From: Eledone cirrhosa
Taxonomy: Eukaryota
NCBI GenBank assembly: GCA_964016885.1
Contig: OZ024744.1
Coordinates: 95,790,001-95,854,000, forward strand
Direction of reading: 5' to 3'
DNA: 64,000 nt
The position numbers were made by a program, and so were the translations under genes. The notes below the pieces were generated by a model. The model searched no databases, was not told the origin of the DNA, and was given only the letters and a program-made list of their open reading frames with translations. Below are positions 12,612 through 27,099 of the stretch, in pieces. Numbering within the stretch: position 1 is the first letter of the stretch; each line of letters opens with the position of its first letter.

Positions 12612-13620
12612 TATCATCATCATCATCATTTTTATGTAAGTTTTCCCATTGCATGCATGGGTTGGATGAGTCTTTTCTAGTATAGCGTTCCTCCTTTCAT
12701 CATGGCCCTTTGTCATCTCTTGAGAAAGCTTCAGCGATTTGAGATCAGCTCTCTTAACCTCTGCCCAGGTCTTCCTTGATCTACCTCTACTGTAGCTTCC
12801 TTTCACTGGAATTTCCCGGCACTTCTTCACCCAAAGATTATCATCAATCATCATCATCATCATCACCGTTTTACGTCAATGTTTCCACGCTAGCATGGGT
12901 TAGACAGGTTGTCCCGTTGTGGGAAATGCCAGGTCAGGTGACCATGTCTTGCTCATACAGGACTGGTTTTGGCTCGGTTTTTACAGCTGGATACCCTTCT
13001 TAACACCAACCTCATTTACACTGAGTACTGGGTGCTTTTTTTTTTTACCATGGCGCCTACACAACTACTTTACAGAGTGGAGTGGGTGCTTTTTGTCATG
13101 ATACCTACACGACCACTTTACAGCGAGAGGGGTGTGGGGATATATTGTCTATATACTTCAGCTTTAGCTTGTACTTATGGGAACTCGAATCTTCTGTATT
13201 ACTGCGTAATGCCAGAGGTCTCGGTCCTGTGTCATCACCTTTGAGAGGTGCAATTCAGCAACGTCAGTTCTTATCATCTCATTCCATGTCTTCTTGGGTC
13301 TCTCCACTCCAAGGCGTATGTGATTATCATCACATGTCCATACCAGTGCAGTCTTCTCTCTTGCATACCACATCTGATTCCTCTTTTACGCAGCTTTCTC
13401 TCAGCAGATACATGTTCTGTTTTTTCACGTATATAAACGTTACATATCCATTGAAGCTTGCTCCTTCATTTCTCTCCAGCTTTTACATATCCCCTGCATT
13501 CATTCATTACCCATGTCTCACTTCCATGCAACACTGCATATCACACACAGGTATCATACAGCCAGCCTTTCTTTTGTAGAGAGAAACCTTTTGTTGTCAA
13601 CAGAGTTAGTATCCTCCTCC
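12612..13620 (-). mobile_element. RTE LINE 3' fragments plus SINE
   Basis: WVKKCREIPVKGSYSRGRSRKTW and (GAT)n tails. Homologous to 29250-29650. Confidence 0.75.
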
Positions 13621-14599
13621 ACTAGTAATTATATCACCTAGGCAACAAGCTACCAATTACTTCTATGGATAATCAGCCCCCACTTATTCTTGAGAGAAGA
13701 AGAAGAGGAATGCTATACGGGAGGGGGGTGGGTGATCACCGAACCCATGTAATTAGTTGATCGTCCACCCTCCCCTACGAGATGTTAAACCCTTTTGTTA
13801 ACAATCTGCTTAAAAACACACATTCATTTTAAAATTAAAAATCTTCCAAAATGATTTGTTATAAAATAATTATATGTTAAGTTACTATCTTAGTAATGAG
13901 ATAATTAATAATTCGGTAAAGTTTCACAATTATACCTGTCTAGCGTTGGCAGTAAAATCATGTTTTTCCTGTGTTTTTTTTTGTGTGTGTTTATTTTGAA
14001 CGAACCTGACGTTTAAAACTGTCGGAAATAATTTGTTTTTAGTTACCAGAGGTGGTGGAAGGAGCGGGCGGTATACACTCGGAGTCCTCGGGTTTAGAAG
14101 TGAATATTACGCCCGTCTTATTATATTTTCATGGGGTTTGAACAAATACAACCTCCAAAAAACCACCAGAAATTGTTATTATTATTATTATTTTTTTTAT
14201 ATATTATTTAATGAGTGGAGGGTGAGATGGGGGTCGGAGCACTCGGAATTCTCGAATTTGGAAGTGAATAGTAAGTACACCCGTCTCGCTTTGGAGGTGA
14301 AAATTATAAATGATAAATTTCATCTCCATCGCGAGACCGGTTTTACGTACATATTATACAAACAAGCTGACTACAGCAAGATTCTATATTAAGAAAAGAA
14401 TCCCTGGCTGCTGCCTGACAAATTAATAACCATTTAAAAAGTTTGAGAAAGTGAAAATTACTCGCTATAGTTATATATCACCTTATTTTCGTATTGATGT
14501 ATCACTTTACATACATTGCTCAAATACTATAATTCCTTTTTTGGTAGATTTACACAAGAACACCCTCTGCTTTCCTCCTCCTCCTCCCGTCCTTAGGTT

Positions 14600-16740
14600 T
14601 GTAGCAAGAGTTGCCTCCCTTGTTATGAGGATCACATCACCAGTAGCGCTCTCTAGACAGGAAGTAGCTGGAGTTACTTCCCGTTGACGTGGCAGAACCT
14701 TCTTAGGAGTTTCCGTCCAGGGAACTATAAAACGAGAGAGCTGAAAGCTGTCTCCCTCTCTTTTAACCTGGCTGGCCCTTCGGCCAGGCGCGTTCCGCCG
14801 AGGGTATACTCTCTAGCAACCTGAACATGGTAATGTAAAGACCTCTTGGTCTCTTGCGAGCTGACTTCAAAACGGTAAACAACTAACTGTAATTCATCCT
14901 TTCATCTCTCTTGGCATGTCAACTATTCTGCTCTACATAGCTCAACCTTGTTAAATAAATATTGTACATACAACCCAGTGTCCTGTTATAATTGGTGACC
15001 CCGAGAAAAAAATAATAGGATCTGGTGTTGTGTGAATATGAAAAAATTAGAAAAAAAAAGATTAATTAGCAGTATCTCAAAAAGAAAAAATTCCTCTAAC
15101 AACATTCCACATGGATTTTTTCTACAACATTCCACATGGATTTTGTCTACAACGAAAAATATAATCTTTTCCTCAGCAGCAAACAAACAAGAAAAAAATT
15201 TGCTTTTCACCTTACGTGTTTACATCGTTTAAATGTGTTTCAATCACTGGATATATCCTTCGTCCGTCTCACAACGAACACTCAAAAAGACTTGGACTCC
15301 TGTATTCTTATATTCAACATGTCAATTTTGATGAACATCACAGCTCGCTTACTCATTCAACTAAGCCTTTTTCGCTACTTTTTCATCATTTAAAAAAAAA
15401 AATTGAACTCTCGCCATATACAAAGTGAATATAGCCTTTCCTTCTTTTTCATCACATCAGGTTCACACACAAAATTTTCAAAATGGCTGCCAACGACCTG
15501 TTCCACTGTCATTTTCCCGCCATTTTCTCGCGCAAAAGAAATATATATATATTTTTTTTATTCAACTTGATTTTAAACGGCACGTGTAGGAGCATACATC
15601 TCGACTCACTGAGATAACACACGCCATAGATAATGTTTCTTGACAAGGATTCTCCAGCCTTAAGTTATATTCTCCTATTTGCCGGTTTAAAATTTCACCA
15701 CGTAAATTTGCCGTTGAAAACTGCGCATTTATTCAGAATGCTTATTTCTATTGTCGCTGGTCTCTTGACCCTTCCAGGTCAACGCGTTCTCAACATCGAC
15801 CATCAACTTTGGCTGTTATTTCTAGCACTTTGCGCAACTCATTTTTTCTGGGAAACTTTTTACTGTGAATTGAAACAACTTTGAAAGAGTTATCTCACTC
15901 CGCGAGACAACAACACAGCTTCAACTTTGCTTTATCAACAACCAAAACCAGCAGAACAAAACAGAGAATTTATTTTTGCAACACTCTTCCTGTGAGAAAA
16001 TCCCACCGCCTTCGGAGGTTGGGAATTTCACGTTGTACCACAGTCCAGAAACCACCTGCATACATTCTCTGGAACACACACTTTCTTTCCTGCTGTCACC
16101 TGTGAACTGTATTTTGAACATTTGAACCTTTTTTTTAATAACTATGTTCGAGCACGTTTCTTTGCTCCTTTGACCTCTTCTTTTAGGTTGATTACATTGT
16201 ATCTTTGTGTGATGGATAGATTGATGTCCAGTCGTTCTCTGGCCAACAGCGGTTGGCTACCTTGATATCTATCATTAATTTTTGCATGCTTATATTTTGC
16301 TGTTTTGCTTTTATTGCAAACATTATTTTTTTGTAATTCTCATGCCTGGATTTTGGTGTTACATGCTCGCCATCTTACTTCATACATGGTTGATTCGATT
16401 TTTATGTTTTAAAAATCTGGCGGGGGATAATGTAGCAAGAGTTGCCTCCCTTGTTATGACGATCACATCACCAGTAGCGCTCTCTAGACAGGAAGTAGCT
16501 GGAGTTACTTCCCATTGAGGTGGCAGAACCCTCTTAGGAACTTCCGTCCAGGGAACTGTAAAACGAGAGAGCTGAAAGCTGTCTCCCTCTCTTTTAACCT
16601 GGCTGGCCCTTCGGCCAGGCGCGTTCCGCCGAGGGTATACACTCTGGCAACCTGAACGGGAAGTAACTCCAGCTACTTCCTGTCTAGAGAGCGCTACTGG
16701 TGATGTGATCGTCATAACAAAGGAGGCAACTCTTGCTACA
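14600..16740 (+). mobile_element. Non-autonomous Gypsy-type LTR retrotransposon, copy B
   Basis: 5' LTR at 14600-14990 with TATA actataaaa. PBS tggtgaccccga at 14993 (complementary to the tRNA-Trp 3' end). PPT ctggcgggggataa before the 3' LTR at 16431. The 3' LTR is truncated and capped by an inverted copy of its first ~83 bp. Confidence 0.88.
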
Positions 16741-16861
16741 AAAGTAATGTAAATAAAGACGCTCACTTTTACATTCTATATCTACCTACCTGTCTTGAGT
16801 GCTTAATCCATTAATGTTTGAATATTTTAAATACTATGGTAGCTTCGTAAACACACATTCT

Positions 16862-17118
<257 letters not shown>

Positions 17119-17209
17119 GTGAATACACACACTCGCACACACACACATATATATATATATATATGCAGAGGTTATATTTAATTTGTTGGGATTCAACAAG
17201 CTTAACCAT

Positions 17210-19943
17210 TTTTATAACTGATATAAAGCACTCAACAAATTAGTGGAGTAAATACACAATATATTAATAAATGGAAATTATATTTATAAAACCATATTTA
17301 TTTTATTATACATATTTCAAGGGCAACCAAGGCAAATTATGGTGCGCTTTTATCAGATAAAATACAGATTTATTATATAAATAAATATTGACATACCCGG
17401 AAAAAAGACAACCTTAACGGTTGGAGCTTCCTGGATAGTGGAGATAGTACATTTATTGAGGGTAATACAAAGTTCTGAGTGAGTATGCAAATGAGTGTCC
17501 GAAAGATTTGAAAAGATAACGGTTTATTTAAATTAAACTGTTGGAAGAAGATGATATGTAAGGGAGAGAGAAAAAAAGAAAAAAAGAAAAAAAGAAAAAA
17601 AGAAAGGAGAAAGATAGAAGAGGAAAGAAAGAACGATTATACATATTGATAGTGAAGATAGAGTGCATGAAGAAATAAGTTTCAAAGGAGAAATATACAC
17701 AGCGTACGTATATCTAAGTGAAAGAAGAAATAAGATTAACGTGGAAGAATAATATTTATAATGCAGGGTTCATTACGTTTTGATTACAATACTTATAATG
17801 ATAGGTTGAAAAATTAGATTAAAATTAAAAATTAGAAATAAAAATTAAAGATTAAAATTTGCCTTAATATTAAAGATTTAATTTAATAATTTAATATTAA
17901 TAATTAGTTTAAATGTGTATGTTAAGGATTATAAATTATTTAAATAAATATATAGTATTTTACATTAGAGAAAATCTAGTATAGTTTATTTTATTAAAAG
18001 TTGTAAGTCAAAATTTAAACATCCAAATAATTCTAAATTTATGAAAAATTTACGAGAGTTTACAAAGGAATAACCACTTAATTATATTATAAAAACAGTA
18101 AGGAGGTGTAAAGGAAGTTGAAGTGCTTTTTTAAGATCTCAGATGACTCCCAGGATTAAATGTTATAAAGTTAAAAAGTTAAAAAATTTTTACCTTAAGA
18201 ATATAATTAAAACATGAACCATATGTTATTTTATACGAAGTCATAAATTTACTTGCTATATAAAGTTTTAAAAAAAAAATTATCTTAAGAATATATTTAA
18301 AGCATAAACCATAGGTTATTCCACATATATATAAAAAAAAACCTATATATAAAAATCATATGTTTTTCCACATAAACATTTGGATATATATATTAAAAAC
18401 GTTTGAAGATATAACAAATATTGGAAGGTATGAAAATAATGGTTTTTCTATATCTTTCAAAGGAATTTTCGAAAGATTTTTCCTAAAACCTTTCGTAAGT
18501 TTTTAAAGAAAAAAATTGTTCTTAAAGGAGTTTCAAGCAGTCATATAAAAATGTTATCTCGATAGGTGTAATAATATAAAGTATATAGTATATATATGAG
18601 GTAGAGATAATAGAAAGTAAATTAAATATATATGAATCATATATAGATATAGAAAACATTATGTAAAGGAGATATAAATCATATATTACATTTTATATAT
18701 ATATTTAAAAGTTGAGTTTAAACGATGTTTACAGGAACTAAATAAATTATTTCGCAAATTAATAGAGTTCTTACTTTTTAGTATAAAGAATATTTCTTCA
18801 ACGCAAAGTGAGCAATTTTTGGATAAAGCAGTGTATGAAGGAGCTTTGGAAATAATTTTCCAAAGTAAAGAATAGTTAATATTCTTGGATTTTAAGTCCC
18901 ACAATAATTTAGATAGAGAAGTTGAATATTTTTTACCAATATTCGTAAAGGAACATTTATGGTTATTAAAACGAGATTTGAAGTCTGTGGAAGTAGAGCC
19001 GACATAGTTAAAGGAGTTTTCATTTGTTTTGACATTACAGTTGTATACTATATTTTTAACTAAACAATTATTATTTAGAGGACAGTTAAATTTATTTCTA
19101 CAATTACATTTATATGAATTTATATTATTGGGAGCCGTAACATTATATTGGATATTATTAGGGGTATTAATGCTATTCTGGTTAGGTTTTAAGTTTCTAT
19201 TATTAATTCTATTAATATTCTGCGCTAAATTCATAGTGGTGGAATATGAGAGTTTAATAGTATGTCTATTAAAGATTGAGTAATACCTGTGTGTCTTATA
19301 AGTTAGCTATAGGAGTTTTAATACTTAATGAGAAAGGGGGAGCGAACCATAATATATTTCTAGTTCTATTTTTTCTTTTGATTTTCGAGTTAGTGCAAGG
19401 TTTCCTATTATAATTATATTTATAGTTATGGTTAATTGGCACATCCTTATTGTCAATGTATTTAATTTCATTAATATAGCCTGCTCTACCTAACGCTTCA
19501 TTATAATATTGTGCCTTATCTTCAAATATATTTTTATTCGCTGAAATTCTAGAAATATGTTGCTGCACAAAATTTACAATAGTGTTTTTAACGGATCTGG
19601 GGTGATTGGAATTAAAGTTAACATAGTTTAAATTCTCATTTATTTTATGAAATGGATAATAAAGACCAGTATTAAGGTTTAAAGTTACATCTAAAAAATT
19701 AACTATTTTATAATTATTCTCTACTTCTACTTTAAGATTAACGCTATTAAAAAATTGTATAATTTCTTTTCTTTTCCTATTTATTTCACAATTATTATTA
19801 TTTTCAATAAGTAATAGCATATCGTCACGATATAAACCACCGGTCATCTCCGGTATATTCCTATGCAAAGTATTGTTAATAAAAAGCCCCACGAGATCCG
19901 TTAATTGCACTGAGTCCGATGACCCCATAGTGATATTTTGCAA
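17210..19943 (-). mobile_element. 5'-truncated Penelope-like element (Naiad-type): RT C-terminus, GIY-YIG endonuclease, long 3' UTR and pLTR
   Basis: 19296-19943: MGSSDS..DLVGLF, GLYRDD, NFLDVTLNL, SNHP, WFAPPFS. After a frameshift, 18686-19234: CNCR..CPL..CLVKNIVY..YVGSTSTDFKSRFNNH..LSKLLW..CSLC..CKH. Terminal region matches the pLTRs at 3-530 and 2196-2790. Confidence 0.9.
17299..17364 (-). ncRNA. Degenerate hammerhead ribozyme in Penelope pLTR
   Basis: Minus strand: tattttat-CTGATAA (G8->A)-stem II-GAAA-TATGTA-TA-ataaaata. Confidence 0.6.
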
Positions 19944-20294
19944 TACACTGTATGCTTAATACACTATATATGCATTCATATATATATCGCTATTTCAGAG
20001 CACCAATTCTAATTTTCAATTTCTGCTTGACCGGCAACCGCTCTGTATAATCAGTTCCTGATTATTGCTAGAATTCCATAAGAATCAAACATTCATGATT
20101 TTAAGCAAACAGGTGGAGTACTTAGCTTTGATAAGTACCAAAAAGTACGAAACAGAGCTCTGTCAGCTTTATCTCCCCTGTTTGCTGAAAATTTAAAGTA
20201 AGTGAGACTGTCACTACTCTAAAACAATAGCGTAAGGTCTTCCAAATGCTTTTAATTAAGCATACAGTGTATTGCAAAATACACTATATATACA

Positions 20295-20340
<46 letters not shown>

Positions 20341-20635
20341 GATAAATATGAAGACATATATATATATGTAGATAAATATGAAGACAGCATATATATGTGT
20401 AGGTATGTATATTCCCTCTGATAGTTTGTATAAATATTGTACATAGATCTATAGAATATGCATACCAACTCTAACACATATATATCCTAGAAACGATCGT
20501 AAAATAATGAATTTTTTTAATATAAGGAACTGTTTCTTTGTTCATTCATTATTTTTTTAATAATTTATATATATATATATATATATAATAACGATAAAGA
20601 ACTAGGTTTCAGTGTTGCAATATACCATATTTAAT

Positions 20636-20729
20636 AACATATTACATATGTTTCCCTATCGGTCAGCTCGAGGCAAGATCTATTATAGATCGAACCTGAC
20701 TCTGTAATCGAAAGGTCGTCAGATTTGTT
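20636..20729 (-). ncRNA. Type I hammerhead ribozyme with enlarged stem II
   Basis: Minus strand: aacaaat-CTGACGA-cctttcg[...gtcag..gatcta-taa-tagatc..ctgac]cgatagg-GAAA-CATATG-TA-atatgtt. Confidence 0.72.
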
Positions 20730-20852
20730 TAGTATATGAGCTCGTCTCCGATTCTGTGCGTTCAAACCTTCAGATATTATGTATGTATGTATATATGTAT
20801 GTATATATATATATGTATGTATGTATATATATATATATATATATATGTATCT

Positions 20853-20930
<78 letters not shown>

Positions 20931-20969
20931 CTATACATATATATATATATATGTATGTATGTATACATA

Positions 20970-21821
<852 letters not shown>

Positions 21822-21870
21822 ATATGTGTATGTGTGTGTGTGTGTATGTATATATATGTGTGTGTATATG

Positions 21871-22118
<248 letters not shown>

Positions 22119-22158
22119 AAGGAAAAGCGAAGTAGTTTCAGATCTTCAAGTCCTTTAA

Positions 22159-22245
22159 TAATAATGCTGTGATATATATTTCAATGACGACACTGGCCAC
22201 ACTGTTCTGTGTGCGAGTGTCGTGACACCATCAGACAGCTTGTTA
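22159..22245 (-). ncRNA. Hammerhead motif in left arm of the fold-back
   Basis: Minus strand: taacaa-gctgt-CTGATGG-long stem II-GAAA-TATATA-TC-acagc-attatta. Core A9->G. Confidence 0.65.
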
Positions 22246-22681
22246 CATAATAAGGTTATGTTTCCGAGGCAATCCAAATTGAATCGACATGGGAACGGAC
22301 GAAGTGTGTGCTTTTGGGTTCTTCATCCGTTCCCCTGTGAGTACCAATTCACCCCCACCGGTTTGTGCAGGCGCATGTCCGAAGGAAGTTGACCATTAGC
22401 TACCGCAGATTTCAACGAAATTCGCTTAGTCGGGATGGGTAGCAGTAAACTATGGTACAGGCCTAAGTGGGTCATTGTTTGGCTGAGAGGGTGAACTGAC
22501 TAAGCGAATTTCGTTGAAATCTGCGGAAGCTAATGGTCAACTTCTTTCGGACATGCGCCTGCGGAGACCGGTAGGGGTGAATTGGTACTCACAGGGGAAC
22601 GGATGAAGAACCAAAAAGCACACACTTCGTCCGTTTCCATGTCGATTCAATTTGGATTGCCTCGGAAACAACCTTATTATG

Positions 22682-22768
22682 TAACAAGCTGTCTGATGAT
22701 GTCACGACACTCGCACACAGAACAGTGTGGCCAGTGTCGTCATTAAAATATATATCACAGCATTGTTA
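22682..22768 (+). ncRNA. Hammerhead motif in right arm of the fold-back
   Basis: taacaa-gctgt-CTGATGA-tgtc-acgacact..cacac..gtgtg..agtgtcgt-catt-AAAA-TATATA-TC-acagc-a-ttgtta. G12->A. Confidence 0.65.
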
Positions 22769-22888
22769 TTAAAGGACTTGAACATCTGAAATTACTTCGC
22801 TTTTCCTTATTCGATATTTACTCCGTCACTACTATGTGGAAAAAGTACGTTGAGTGCTTGAATTGAATTGCATCAATATTTACCCTAA

Positions 22889-22975
<87 letters not shown>

Positions 22976-23049
22976 GTATGTTATCTCTTTCTCTTAATTT
23001 CGAGTATATTTTTTTGACCGGCCACCTTCCTGGTGGCAAGGTTTTAAAA

Positions 23050-23790
23050 GAAAAGAAATTGTCATCTCTTGAATCGCAAGAATGTTTTGCAAATTTTGAA
23101 AGTGCCAGCTATCGCAGCCATTTGTAGACTATGAATTAGGGAGCTGCGCTCTTTGTCCGCAAATCCAAGTTCAGTCATACTTTGGTCCAAACGGGTTGGT
23201 TTATAACCCGTAGCTCCAATGATGATGGGTATGAAGCTAAAGGTGTATCTTGGATACTGGATTTGTAAACTCATCATCAATTGTCCGTAGATGTCCTCCT
23301 TCTCCTGTATTTTTCTGACAAAGTTTACATCAAGTGGGCAGCTGATCGCCACAACAGAACACGTTTTCAATGTGTGGTCCCAAACAACAATATCAGGCTG
23401 GTTGTGCTTTAATTTGGTGGCAGTTTTTATTTTCAGGTTCCACCAGTATTCCTTAGTGCCATCTGTCTCAATATATTCTTCCTCGTTTGTTGTTAATTTT
23501 GTTTTCCGAAGTGCGTTCCAGATGGTTCTAGCTATCCCATCGTGTCTCATGGGGAGGTAGTAGCGAGATGACATTCTTTCGCAGATGGCAACAATGTGGC
23601 TTACATCCTCGATCTTTGTTTTACATAGCCTACATTTATTGTCAGCTGATGGCCCTCCCCTTTTGTGAAGCAGATATTTGGTAGGGAGTTCTTGTTCCTG
23701 TATTGCATAGAGATATCCCTCAAGGGATAAACTTGTCGGAACTCCATGCCAGGCTTTTTGAGTGGTTTATCCCCTCTATGGTCTGTGTTT
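23050..23790 (-). pseudogene. R4/Dong-type non-LTR retrotransposon C-terminus (CCHC knuckle plus restriction-like endonuclease)
   Basis: AIQEQEL, CRLC..EDVSHIVAIC, RHD, HNQPDIVV, ISCP, KEDIY, PIIIGATG. Confidence 0.85.
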
Positions 23791-23928
23791 TACGTCTCAA
23801 GTATCCATGCATGTATGTATGTATGTATGTATGTATGTATGTATGTATGTATGTATGTATGTATGTATGTATGTATGTATGTATGTATGTATGTATGTAT
23901 GTATGTATGTATATATACACAGTATATG

Positions 23929-23964
<36 letters not shown>

Positions 23965-24000
23965 TGTATGTATGTATGTATGTATGTATGTATGTATGTA

Positions 24001-24336
24001 TGACGGCGAGGGTCCTCCTATGTTTCTGACATGCAGCGTCTGTGCGAGACTCTGCCTAAGCAAAGCTGGACTCGAAAGTCATCTTCGCAGTCATAAAGTA
24101 AGACCAGTGGTTGACTACCAGGCTGCTGTTGGAGATGCTACTCATCATGCTTGCCAAACATGTGGTAGAGAATGTAAATCAGCAGGAGGACTCAAGCGAC
24201 ATGCAAAAGTACACGAACTCCAACCACAGCCGACTATTCCCAGTAAATGTTTTGGTTGCCGACTCTGTGCAAGACATTTTGGATCATTGGCTGGGCTAAA
24301 AAGCCACATTCGATCGCAGCACTGTTAGTTGCTATC

Positions 24337-24376
<40 letters not shown>

Positions 24377-24455
24377 GCTTATGTGCGTGCGTGTGTGTGT
24401 ATATATATATGAATATGTATATTATTATTGTTGTTGTCGTTATTATTATTATTGC

Positions 24456-24519
<64 letters not shown>

Positions 24520-24600
24520 TTTTTTTTTTTTTTTTTTTTTTAATTGTGCAATGGCCATACTCGATAACGAGGGGGCAGCCATCATGTATGTATGTATAGA
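24001..24600 (+). mobile_element. 3' end of an RTE-type LINE encoding three C2H2 zinc fingers
   Basis: [37 protein letters not shown]. The 3' UTR is interrupted by microsatellites and ends in gcagccatc(atgt)n, as at 1300-1320. Confidence 0.7.
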
Positions 24601-24794
24601 TATATATATGTATTATATGTATGTATATATATAGATATATATATATAGTTGTCTATATATATATAATATATAAGGGAGAGAATTGGGAGTGTGTAACACT
24701 CCACTTATCAAATAGGCAGTATATGGTTAGCTCAATGTCAGAGGACAGAGCCGTAATACAATTAACAACAAAGAGCGCTTAGAACATAGGTATA

Positions 24795-24851
24795 TCTTTA
24801 ATTGCTAACAGTGTTTCGTCCACACTAGAAGTGGGACTCTTCAGAGCATAA
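24795..24851 (-). ncRNA. Type I hammerhead ribozyme, intact
   Basis: Reverse complement of the 26430-26489 motif. Confidence 0.82.
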
Positions 24852-25700
24852 ATAGTAAATACATAGTATACAAGCATTGACAAAGCCAAAACAGAAGAAT
24901 ATATGTGGGGATACCATAAGTTGGGAGGAGTTTAAAGAGTAAAGTAAAAGGAGTAAAATAAGAAAAGAGTAAAAAATAAAAATAAAAATAAAAATAAAAA
25001 TAAAAATAAAAATAAAAATAAAAATAAAAATAAAAATAAAAATAAAAATAAAAATAAAAATAAAAATAAAAATAAAAATAAAAATAAAAATAAAAATAAA
25101 AATAAAAATAAAAATAAAAATAAAAATAAAAATGAAAAATAAGAAATGTTATCACTCACAGTTGGGCAGGGTTCCGTTAACATACAGCTACATACAAGTA
25201 TACGCATAAGCATGAGCACCCGCATGCACCTACACACAAGCACCCGTATGCAACACATACAGTATACACTAATACAAATAACATATCATAGACGGATGGG
25301 CACAAGTTAAGAGATAGAGATAGATAAAAAATAGATAAGAGGTAGATAAAAAATAGATAAAAAATAGATAAAAAGTAGATAAAAAAGATAAAATATAGAT
25401 AAAAAATAGATAAGCAATAGATAAAAAATAGATAAAAAATACATAAAAGATAAAAAATAAAATAAAATAAAATAAAATAAAGTAAAGTAAAATATACACC
25501 AGAAGATAAATAAAACAATACACCAAAAAAAATGGAGTAAAATATACACCATAAAGGAAGGTGTGGGTAAAGATAAGACTGGCAAATGCATAAGCTATCA
25601 AGCTATGTTCAACAAGTGATATACCTACAATATATAAAATATACAAAAATATATACAAAAATATATATAAAAAATATATATAAAAGAGACGTATACATAA

Positions 25701-25766
<66 letters not shown>

Positions 25767-26429
25767 CAGTCCAAGTAATGCATATTTATAAAAATGTAAC
25801 TGGGGGTAAAAAGATGTAATAAGGGTAATCAAGATGGTAATTATTAGGGCATGTAATAATAATATTATTATAGAAATCCTAAGGTGACACTAGTGTTGAC
25901 TCATGGTGATATATGGAATATATCAGGAGCACACGAACGCCTTAGGTGTTGCAGTTAGCCGCAGTTCAACAATAGAGTGTTCGAATGAGATTTTTTATTT
26001 TTTATTTTTTATGAACAGATGCTATGTCCGCACTAGATTGAGTGGACCATTACAATGCAATGGAAACATCCCAGGTTGGACAGTCCCAAAAGTTCACATT
26101 CCAAAGTTCAATCCACAGGTATGCATTCATAGAGTTGAGCGGTTGGGCAATCCCAAAAAGTTCACACTCCATTTCTTATTTTTCATTTTTTATTTTTATT
26201 TTTATTTTTATTTTTATTTTTATTTTTATTTTTATTTTTATTTTTATTTTTATTTTTATTTTTATTTTTATTTTTATTTTTATTTTTATTTTTATTTTTA
26301 TTATTTTAATTTTACTCTTTTCTTATTTTACTCCTTTTACTTTACTCTTTAAACTCCTCCCAACTTATGGTATCCCCACATATATTCTACTGTTTTGGCT
26401 TTGTCAATGCTTGTATACTATGTATTTAC

Positions 26430-26489
26430 TCTTTATGCTCTGAAGAGTCCCACTTCTAGTGTGGACGAAACACTGTTAGCAATTAAAGA
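26430..26489 (+). ncRNA. Type I hammerhead ribozyme, intact
   Basis: tcttta-tgct-CTGAAGA-gtcc-cac-ttcta-gtg-t-ggac-GAAA-c-act-GTT-agca-at-taaaga. Confidence 0.85.
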
Positions 26490-26539
26490 TATACCTATGT
26501 TCTAAGCGCTCTTTGTTGTTAATTGTATATATATATATG

Positions 26540-26602
<63 letters not shown>

Positions 26603-26958
26603 ACAATAGAGTGTTCGAATGAGATTTTTTATTTTTTATTTTTTATGAACAGATGCTATGTCCGCACTAGATTGAGTGGACCATTACAATGCAATGGAAA
26701 CATCCCAGGTTGGACAGTCCCAAAAGTTCACACTCCATTTCTTATTTTTCATTTTTATTTTTATTTTTATTTTTATTTTTATTTTTATTTTTATTTTTAT
26801 TTTTATTTTTATTTTTATTTTTATTTTTATTATTTTTATTTTACTCTTTTCTTATTTTACTCCTTTTACTTTACTCTTTAAACTCCTCCCAACTTATGGT
26901 ATCCCCACATATATTCTTCTGTTTTGGCTTTGTCAATGCTTGTATACTATGTATTTAC

Positions 26959-27018
26959 TCTTTATGCTCTGAAGAGTCCCACTTCTAGTGTGGACGAAAC
27001 ACTGTTAGCAATTAAAGA
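26959..27018 (+). ncRNA. Type I hammerhead ribozyme, intact (tandem copy)
   Basis: Identical to 26430-26489, 529 nt downstream. Confidence 0.85.
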
Positions 27019-27099
27019 TATACCTATGTTCTAAGCGCTCTTTGTTGTTAATTGTATATATATATATGTATGTATATATATATATGGTGTATGTATATA

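Larger units (their letters stand above)
24756..27056. mobile_element. Hammerhead-bearing repeat cluster: one inverted copy (24756-25148) plus two tandem direct copies (25966-26527, 26600-27056)
   Basis: Near-identical sequence including a (TTTTTA)n tract and a hammerhead. No protein-coding capacity recognised. Confidence 0.85.

Noticed and set aside
18686-19943. Selenocysteine recoding as reported for some Naiad PLEs
   Set aside because: The conserved Cys positions are ordinary Cys codons, the break between the ORFs is a frameshift/deletion with TAA, and I recognised no SECIS.
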